Shown: piece after piece, positions 54,645 to 64,000 of the stretch
Numbering within the stretch: the stretch's first letter is position 1
How the letters are laid out: every line of letters starts with the position of its first letter
Origin: Octopus bimaculoides
Lineage: Eukaryota
Direction of reading: 5' to 3'
Length of the DNA: 64,000 nucleotides
NCBI RefSeq assembly: GCF_001194135.2
Contig: NC_068990.1
Coordinates: 63,039,620-63,103,619, forward strand
Program-made: the position numbers and the translations under genes
The notes under the pieces: model-generated
Seen by the model: the letters and a program-made list of their open reading frames with translations, nothing else
The model's database searches: none
Told to the model about the DNA's origin: nothing

Positions 54645-55490
54645 TAGCACGAATACGTGGTGGCTGTACTCAAGACAGCCGGTTTTGGTCCCGTTTTCAA
54701 GGACTGTAACGCCGTAATGTACGGCGATATCCGAACGGTGCTCAGAGAAAATAATCCTTTATCAGAACACTTCAGTATCATATGTTTTGTCCATCAAGGT
54801 CGCTTTCTTTCTTGTCTCATTCGTACGCAATGTGTGTAGAAGCACTAATACCGAAACTAGAAACTTTGAGAAGGATTCCAGGAGAACGTGCATCTTTGGC
54901 AGTATATGCAAACAACGCCACAGACTTAGTGTCAGTCATCAAGAACAATGAGTTACTCGATGATTTTGTCAACCCTTGGATGAAAGAGGAATGGGTGGTG
55001 ATGACAGGAACCAAAGTTAAGCAGAAAAAGTCATCCAACAGCGTCATAGATCGCTGGATGGACGGGCGGTAACAGTGCTCGGGCTCCAGGTGAAAAAGAA
55101 CTGGAGTAATGTAACGAGCGGAGGTGAGTGTCATTCTCTCCTAGAAATAGGGAAAGAGAAACCTTACCCTGAAGTGTAGGGTAGAGGTAATCAACTCTTA
55201 TATTGCTTTCATCGCATATTACCGCTTGAAATTCGGACATCTACCATTATTTATATCGATTTTGGAAATCGTTCCGCCACCTTCGTTTGGGCGAGATGGA
55301 CTAGAAGTCTTTATCTGTCTAGTGATTTTAGCGAAGGCAGTTGTTCGGTGGATGTGATTGAAGAGTCTGTAGACCAAAATTTTGTCAGCTTTTCAAGATT
55401 AACTTGAAAAAGGGGTGGTGAAAATGGAAGTACTGCCTCCAAGCAAATTTAAAGGCAGATGGGCGGCGAACATGGTCCGAGCAAATTGTC
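54645..55490 (+). mobile_element. Decayed, internally deleted L1/Tx1-like ORF2 fragment
   Basis: HEYVVAVLKTAGFGPVF; LSEHFSIICFVHQG; PKLETLRRIPG...AVYANN; LQVKKNWS; C-terminal VKMEVLPPSKFKGRW. Confidence 0.75.
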
Positions 55491-55719
55491 CTTTGAAGAA
55501 AGCACTTGATTTTGCGGTAAATGTAACCGTAATTTTGAGGTATTTCCACATGTAGGTCTCGGAAGGTTCATTGGTTTGGAACAATTATTCTTTGATATTT
55601 TTTGTTTCTGTTATTTTACTTTTTCTTTAATCCCGCACTCTACCGTTTTGCGCCAATTTAGGTGATTTTGCCAAACCTTAGGTGAAAAGCCGCACAAAGA
55701 ACAAATTGTAGCTTTGTTA

Positions 55720-56745
55720 CCTTATTGTGCCATCATCTCTCGGAACCAGTATGCGTTCCATTATGTCTTAGAGAACCTAAATTAGCTGTGGGGTAACACA
55801 AATTCGTTCTTTTCGCTGAAGAATTAATCCAGAGCCAATTTCTTTCAAACATGTTGGTTGCGATACTTGTTTTACGCGCCTCTTTTAAGATTTTAATTAT
55901 CCTACTTCTCTCTATAGCTCTTCCTTATTCATTCTTGTCGATTCTACTCTAATCGTACTTTTCACAGCGAACCGACATTCCCTGTTGACGACCGTTTCTG
56001 TCAACGAGCTCTTAACTAATGTGCTAATCTAGTTTCTGTTGACTTGTAACACAGAGACGGATCTGTTCAACTTCTAGTAATCAGGGCCCTACCAGCGAAG
56101 TGTATCTAGTTCTACAGTATAAGCCAGAAACTAGAAGTTTGTTTATGCGACAACTTTGAACTGTGGACAACCCATACTATCCCAAAGTACTGGCTCAGAG
56201 AATATTCTACCGAAATGCAGCCTGGATGATTTGATACAGTTTGTCTTTTCTAATTTTGAGCACATTCAGTATCCATCCAGTAGCTGTCAAACATCTGAGC
56301 CTGTATGCAAGTCTTTTTCACATGTTTGCGTTGAGCTACCCACATCCGATCGTACATCCACGATGGCTTTCTGATCACACAGTAGCATTAAAAGCGGCAT
56401 ATTTATAGGAAGATTCCAGAAGAAATTTGGCTGCCTTGCTCAGGTTGTATTGTAGATGCCTATTAGTTTGAAAGTATGATCTCCGCAGTTGCATCACTTT
56501 ATGAAGCACCGGCTGATACACTAGCTTCAAGAAAATGGCCCGTATTGTGAGATACAAACCTTTGTGAAATAACACAGCAAATTTAACTCCCAGGTCCTTA
56601 CTGGCTTGGAGAAGTATACATCTTGTACCCATCAAAAATGGGTGTGAAGGCTCGTGGCTTATTCTGCTCTCGCAGATGACCAACACTTCTATATTTAGTG
56701 ATCCGATGTAGTTGATTAGGTGGCCCTGCTTCTAAAGCAATTCCA
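55720..56745 (-). mobile_element. Decayed L1/Tx1-like APE endonuclease region
   Basis: GHLINYIGSLNIEVLVICESRIS, then frameshifted pieces resembling GD.NA..D..SD and GP.YWKLN; GNKATICSL. Confidence 0.55.
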
Positions 56746-57789
56746 GACCATGTTCATCTATATTGTCTATTCTAACTTTAGCCATATTAGATCGGAAGAG
56801 CGAGAAAATCCCTTCGTGCAACGAAGGGGTAAGTATCTTTTTGTCTCGGCTAGTTGTGGGTATTTCCACATATAAATGTTTGTAAATTCTATGACCTTCC
56901 CCAAATAATCCATTCCGTAGTATTATATTGTTTTCAATTTGTTTGTAAGATCCTTGTGATGTTTTTGAGAATTTTACGTATGTATTGGTATTTTATTTGA
57001 TGGTGTAAAGAAATCTAGTGTGTAATGTTTGAGTGTTTATGTATGCAGTTTATTAGTTCTCTGGGGTTTTTTTCGTCGTTGGTGGTGTAGTCTACAATAT
57101 CCTTTGAGGATGTTATACTCGTTGGCTCAAATACTCTAGACTAGTGTTTCTCATAGAAGCATCTCCATTTCTGGAAGGATTAAGGGGAAGAAAAATGAGC
57201 AGAAAAGTTGTAATACCCAATAATAATGGGATGGTGTTGAACCTTTTATACTTGTCCTGTGCAATTCAAAGCAAGAAGAATTAAATGAATGAAAAACCTA
57301 TTTTAGTTTCTCCATAATAAAGAAAAGCGATGGGGAAAAACTTCAATGATATTTGCGTATTTGTTATTTTGAGAACCACTGCTAAGTCATCCTTGTTATA
57401 AATTATAGCTTCGATATCAAGTTAAGCGAATTGAAGATCTTTGAAACAAGAAACTGCTTACAGCGTTCTGAAGCAACCCCACGCGTAGCTAATATTGATA
57501 GAATATATTTTGCTCGCACATAGGATCTGATACAAACTGAAAATACAAGCAAAGTAACAATTGTGAGATTAGAAAATACTTAGAAGAAAGTAAAAGGAAA
57601 TTGATTTGAGTAGTAAGGAAGGAAACACGAAGAAAAGAAATAACTTTTCTCACTATATAAAGAAACGCTGAAGAACAAACAAGAAACTAACAACACCAAA
57701 GAGAATATGCAGATAGAGAAGAAAAGATAAAAGTTTTTGAAATATAATAAAAATAAAAATGAAACTTTAAAATAGAGTAAAGAAAAAAC

Positions 57790-58200
57790 CCAAACACGGT
57801 CAAAAAAACTACTCCTTGACCAATAACATGCAACGCTCATGCGAAAGGAAGTAAACCAGACTGAGAAACAACAATGGATTAAGTTTCTTGCTTAAAATTA
57901 AAAAAAAGAAACTTTTATTTCGGCTGCATAGGTTCAATGTCTAACTACAAATATAAAATAATGTAAAAAAGAGACTAACAAAGTTTAAACTCTGCAATCA
58001 ACACAATGAGGCAATTGACTCCATTACTCCTGGATGTGCAACTCTGGCCAAATCTGAATATATATTCCTAGATGTAATCAAATTGACAGCCGTGTCACTG
58101 GGCAATATGCAGACACTTCCAAGTGAAACAATAAAATGTAGAATAAGGAAAAACCAAACACAGTTTATAGAACTGATCGGTCAAATATTATAAGGAATTT
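57790..58200 (+). mobile_element. Highly decayed R4/Dong-like knuckle region
   Basis: ETFISAA*VQCLTTN; LCNQHNEAIDSITPGCATLAKSEY. Confidence 0.6.
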
Positions 58201-58387
58201 GCTTACCAAAATTAACAAGGAGAGCATGGTAAAATGCTTGGATGTAATTATCGAAGGACTGGAAGAAAATCGACAACTCATTGCAAAACATAAGTCGGGC
58301 GGAAAGGGAACAATTGCCACAGTACGAGGATCTCAAAATTGAATTAAGTAGTGTATGGAGTATGAAAATAAATTCAGCAACAAAAAT

Positions 58388-58600
58388 GGTAAGCCGGCAG
58401 ACTCGTTAGTTAGCCGGGCAAACTGCTTAGTTGCATTTCGTCCGTCTTCACGTTCTGAGTTCAAATTCCACCAAAGCCGACTTTGCATTTCGTTCTTCTG
58501 GAGTTGATAAAATAAGTTCCAGTTGAGCAGCGGGGTCGATGTAATCGACTTACGCATCTCACCCGAACTTGCTGGCGTTGTGCCAAACTTTGAAATCAAT
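58388..58600 (+). mobile_element. SINE family A copy; further degenerate copies near 11385-11510 (+) and 61541-61740 (-)
   Basis: cacgttctgagttcaaattcc...ggggtcgatgtaatcgactt. Confidence 0.8.
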
Positions 58601-59793
58601 TAATTCAGCAACAATGATAAATTGAGCGGAAGATGTGTAACAAGTACATGAATAAAAATCGTAAAAAATAATAATCGTCCCTAGAATATCACAGCCTACT
58701 ATGTAAGATATTTTCAAAAACAAAACCTTTTCCACAAACAACACTACCTCTGTACAAAACCCATCCGTTAAAAAATCAAAATCACACAAATAATACACTA
58801 AATAATAATCTCTACCTAATGATACATATCTCATATTTCTTCGTAATTGTTATTCGACTCTATAGCACCAACACCTCACATTCAATATAATTGTTATCCT
58901 GTTATCCAATAGTATAACACAACCTTCACAATCAATATCCAATTCAACAACTATTCTATTCCCACTGTACATACAAAATTCAAACACCACCCCCAACAAT
59001 GTAACAGAACTTACATTACACATATTCTACAAAACAAACATTTTCAAATACTAATATAACACCAGAAACAATGAAATAAATCTCATAGTAAAACAAATAT
59101 GAAGTGGTATTCAAACAATTCTATATCTCTGTATTACGATGCTGTACAGTGCTCAAGAGTACGGAGGTGCAGCTGATGGTGCAGTGGAAGCTCGCATAAA
59201 GCTGTTGTAAACATGATGATATACAATAACAACAACTGCAACAATAGTAATGACAATAATGATAGAAAACATCATCAATATTACAGTTGTTATTGTTGTT
59301 GTTATTGTTGTTATCGTTGTTGGTGTTGTTGTTGTTGTTGTTGCAATTCTTGATGATCACGAGGAGTATATTCAGGATATAAAAAACGAACCTAAAAATT
59401 ACAAGTGATGAAATTTAAAAAAAAAGATCTTTTTAATATGGATGGAATATTTGTAAAAGAAAAATTCTCCTCTGTTGCCAACGTGGTGAATGCATAGAAA
59501 GGAAAAAGAAAATCTTGTCAAGTAAAAGTTACGTATACTCACATAGCTATGTTCAAAATATATATCTGTGTGCGTGTGTATGTATGCGTGTATACATGTG
59601 TGTGGGCATGAAGATATATATGTGTGTGTCTTTGTGTATGTATGTATGAATGTATGTATGAATGTATGTATGTATGTATGTATGTATGTATGTATGTATG
59701 TATGTTTGTATTATGTATGTATGAATGTATGTATGTTTCTGAGTGTGTATGCTTTACCGAGAGTGTGAGGAATCATTGAGCAATTTTCTTTGA

Positions 59794-59850
<57 letters not shown>

Positions 59851-60281
59851 GTCTATCTATTTTTCTTTCTATTTATCAGTCTTTTTTATCTATTTATGTC
59901 TGTCTGTCAGCATGTCTGTGTATCTAGCCTCTATCTTTCTATTTATCTAGCTATCTATTTATTTCTCTCTCCCTCTGTCTGCATACACATACTTAAACAC
60001 GCAAATACACATACACATACACGTTCGCGCATATAACCTATCCTAATGTAGCAGCAATATCTTGTTGGTTGGCGTTCAATAACACAGAGTGCGCTAATGG
60101 AATTACATCAGAGAAGTAGGAATACCGCTTATTCAAATGTAAATTGAGCATCGAAGAGCAACAAATACACTTAGAGAGAAACATTGAATATCAACAAACA
60201 AAGCACTTGAATAGTTGCCTACCATTGTGCAATAATTGTGAAGGGAACGAATTACAGGATGCGTGTTTATATATATATATA

Positions 60282-60342
<61 letters not shown>

Positions 60343-60347
60343 ACGCA

Positions 60348-60615
60348 CATCGTCTGTAACCTATGCTGCCAGTCATGCGAATCTGCATCGGGACTAAATA
60401 GTCGACTGAGAAGTCATGGACAGAGAGTCAGAAATCTTATTGACAACGAGGAAACTCAAGGAGACGGCAATTATCTCTGGTGATGGAGCAATCACCATAT
60501 ATGTATATGGTGATTGCTTCATCTTGAGAGATGATAGCTGTCCCATCAACACACACACCACACCCCTTAGATGACTATTAAGACCAGCTGCTGACTGACA
60601 GGGTTTAAAACACAA
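60348..60615. mobile_element. Two RTE-like LINE 3' ends joined tail-to-tail
   Basis: Plus VCNLCCQSCESASGLNSRLRSH and minus LCFKPCQSAAGLNSHLR (C2H2-type finger); 15-bp perfect inverted repeat at 60487-60518. Confidence 0.7.
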
Positions 60616-61080
60616 ATGATAGATGTTATTCAAATTTCTTCTATATCTTTGCTCTTTGGAATCTGATTCTGAAGGAATGTTTTTGTGGCCAAAAGAATGT
60701 TTTTGTGAACTAACATATGTCTTTTAAGTACATTCTCTAAGCAGAAAGTCGTCAGCTCTTAAAGCTATATGTGGGACATTTCAACTTTTTGCCCTACACT
60801 ACAAGGGTTTACGCATTTCTGTCTGCACCCACAACAGGCACGTTTGAAGGATATTCTCTGGTCTTCATGTATTTCAGGACTAGAGTGTCCATGTACACTC
60901 CGATCAGCCAAACATCTTTTGAGTAACCTCAGCGTCCACCACGTGTCCGGACTATGATGCTGGTAGTTTGAAAACGAGTCAACGGTCAACATTGCTATAA
61001 ATGTCCTTTGCTTCAACACTCGCGTTAGGATGTCCTATATATGTCGGTACAAGTCTAAGAGAGGTATTATGACGCACCAC

Positions 61081-61290
61081 GAGAGGGTGCTGAAAATTTC
61101 CTGGCTTTGGGTAAAAGAAAATATAGGAGGATCGGTTAATTATGATTTTATTCAACATATTCCTCTCTCACATACATACTGTGGTTATCCTTCAGTTTTT
61201 TCTAAGCCCTATAAAAGAACTCAGAAGGTTGGGCCTCTAACCATGCCTTTCACGACACTTTTAAACCTAGGAACTTTTCAGCACTCTCTC
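61081..61290. mobile_element. Mariner-type MITE, 210 bp
   Basis: About 28-bp TIRs gagagggtgctgaaaatttcctggcttt / aaacctaggaacttttcagcactctctc. Confidence 0.8.
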
Positions 61291-62210
61291 TGAGTTCTAC
61301 TTGCTTTCTTTCCTTTTCCTCAGATTTGAAAACGAAGCACAAACTTTCATATGTGCTCTCCCTGTATTCGAAACGCAAAAAGCCAGCATCCTGTCTTTTT
61401 CTATCCTGTTCCACATTTTGTTCTAGGGTTAATCCCCACCACCACCGAAAAAATTCTGTATCGCTTGGTAATTGTCCAATATTATCGGTGCTGTTTGTAT
61501 TGTGAAACGATTTACACCAAATGACAGTAATAGTAGTGTTCTTAAGGTAGGCATAAGGCCAGAAATTTGCGTGAATTGGTTAGTCGATTAAGTCCACTTA
61601 AGTACTTGACTAGTACTTTAATTTATCGACCCCTGAAGGAAGAAAGACAAAAGATTACCTTGACAGGCTATTAATGCAGATGTAAAGAACTGTAACTAGA
61701 TACCAGAAGGTACTTTGTCCAATACTCTAGCAATTCAAAAATATAAACTCCTACCCAAAATATATGTTAATTAAAATCTTGCTTTTATCTCTTTCTTAAT
61801 TGGTCGATTTAATAACGTTTATATTCATATAATTTTTCTTCCTTTGTTGTGGTGTTTGTCAAGTTTAATAATTTGAAAGCAATCCTAAATTAATACTTAT
61901 AAAAAACAATTTGACATCCGCCCATATTTCAATACTAACAACTTCGTTTCACCACGTGAAACACATATGTGAAGTACTTAATTGGCTCCAGACAAAATAT
62001 AAAGGCGACCACGACAACTTTCATGACACAAAGGCACCGTTAGCACAGTTGGTACGACTGGGAAATATAGTTTATAGTATAGCTATATACTAATGCTGAA
62101 TGCAATAAGTTAATATTTTGAGCATGTAACAGATTTATGGGTAACATTCGGTATTATGAGGAAGGCTCTGAAATCTGTCAGTCACTCAATCAATCAGCCA
62201 ATCGATCATC

Positions 62211-62253
<43 letters not shown>

Positions 62254-62448
62254 CCTATCTATCTATCTATCTTCCTAGCTGCTATCTGTCTCTTCCTCAG
62301 TTTGTCTGTCCGCCTATCTATTTATCTATTTAAATATCTAGTTACGTGGCTAGCTAGCTTTATATGGATTTGTCTGTCAGTCTCTTTCTATCGACAGAGG
62401 AAAGTAACCCATTATTTATTACATATTTCTCTATTAAGATATATATGG

Positions 62449-62483
<35 letters not shown>

Positions 62484-62799
62484 TATATATATATATATTA
62501 GAGCGTGCGTATGAGTGTGTGAGTTTTCGTGTGCATGTATGTGTATATGCAGCATAAAAACACGCTCACTTTTAGCCAGACACACACATTAACCATCACC
62601 AATAGCGGATGCTGTCAGCCCCCACTTATAACCAAAGACCAATAAAATAGATATCACCGCGCAGATAAATGGCTGATATACAACTTCTTTGATACCATGT
62701 GAAGGAAACGGGTATAACTATAACTGATCAATGTACAACATAGAGCAGCGCCTATACACTGTGGCCCAACATTTCATGAGCAAAAAAAATGGAGAAAAG

Positions 62800-62866
62800 A
62801 AGACCATATATACATGTGTATATGTGTGTATGTGTACATATGTGTGTGGGCATGTGTGCCTGTGTG

Positions 62867-62936
<70 letters not shown>

Positions 62937-63559
62937 CATATAAACATATACATGCATAAATATATACGCATAAATGAGTTTTTATGTGAGTATGGGAAGG
63001 TAAGAGTGTGTGTGTGCGCGTGCACCTGTGTGCATTGTGTGTATGTGTGTGTGTGTGTGAGTGTGTGTAACATGTGCGTCTATTTGATTATCTGTATATT
63101 TTTTACATGTTTGTGTTTAAAATTGTATATCAAAAAGAATAATGAATATGAAATCAATAGAGACATTTATCCGGGAAAAAATATCATAATCGGTAGATGT
63201 ATCATATAAGCATTTGAAGCTGTTTTCTCAGCTGAAATAGAAAGAAAAAAAAATTGCGAGATAAAGAAAGAAAGGATATTCAGTCTTTTATAAAAGGATC
63301 TGTAGGTGTGAAAGAGAAAATGTTTCTTTGTTACGAGGTAAAAGAAGTAAAAAAGAAGCGATTAGTCCGTCCTTATTCGATGAGTTAACAGTGACAAGGA
63401 AAAAAATGAATTGCTGTTAAAATTTGAAAACAGTGGTATATTTCACGAAATTCAGAATTTAAAAAAAAATGTACCCACACACACTTTACACAGTTTATAT
63501 ATGTGTATGTGTGTGCGTGTGAGAATGTGTGCATGTATGTATATATATGTACATATGTG

Positions 63560-63608
<49 letters not shown>

Positions 63609-64000
63609 ATATATGTGTATATATGTATATATACATACAGAAAAAAAGAGAGAGGCAGAGAGACAGAGAAAGAAGTGAGAGAGAAAGAGAGAGAGGGGAA
63701 CGTATTTGCATAAACAACCTGATACATACGTTCATATATAATATATATGTGTGTGGGGGGGTGCGTATGTATATGTATGCATGTATATATATTCAGACAC
63801 ACACACAGATAGAAAGATAGATATATAGATAAAGTTATATAAATGTATGACTTTGTACGTACGTACATTGTACATATATATATATATGTATATAAATAAA
63901 TATGTATGTATGTATGTATGTATACAAATACATATACATGTATATGTATGTGCGTATGTATATATGTATGTATGTTTTATAAAGCAACTCAATTGCAATG
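62800..64000. repeat. Microsatellite-dense region (TA, TG, GA, TATG); comparable tracts occur throughout the window
   Basis: Direct inspection. Confidence 0.95.

Noticed and set aside
56930-59110. G-poor, C/A-rich tracts (56930-57110 minus, 58690-59110 plus)
   Set aside because: Probably old LINE debris; no motif could be read, so left unassigned.

Overview
AT-rich eukaryotic genomic DNA from a draft assembly with 7 N-gaps, all next to microsatellites or repeats. I found no host protein-coding exon, rRNA or functional tRNA gene. Nearly all ORFs in the supplied track are microsatellite artefacts or pieces of dead transposons. The repeat repertoire (tRNA-headed SINE families, TAA-associated RLE LINEs, dense microsatellites) looks like octopod cephalopod (Octopus-like) DNA. 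That is recognition from memory, not a database result. The window is a transposon graveyard: at least four tRNA-derived SINE families, about 11 R4/Dong-like RLE-LINE fragments, four L1/Tx1-like fragments, RTE-like 3' ends, a Helitron Rep remnant, a hAT remnant, a mariner-type MITE and TIR, and a Penelope-like GIY-YIG fragment. The most striking item is a 679-bp fold-back element (7401-8079). It has two divergent tRNA-type Pol III heads sharing a central palindrome, each followed by a (TAA)n spacer and a minimal hammerhead-ribozyme motif. It is flanked by a 14-bp target-site duplication that interrupts an otherwise in-frame Helitron Rep sequence. Two further, unrelated hammerhead-like families occur at 576-690 and 39061-39178, the latter downstream of the Penelope ORF. 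Ribozyme activity, transcription and family names are inferences needing computational or experimental checks.
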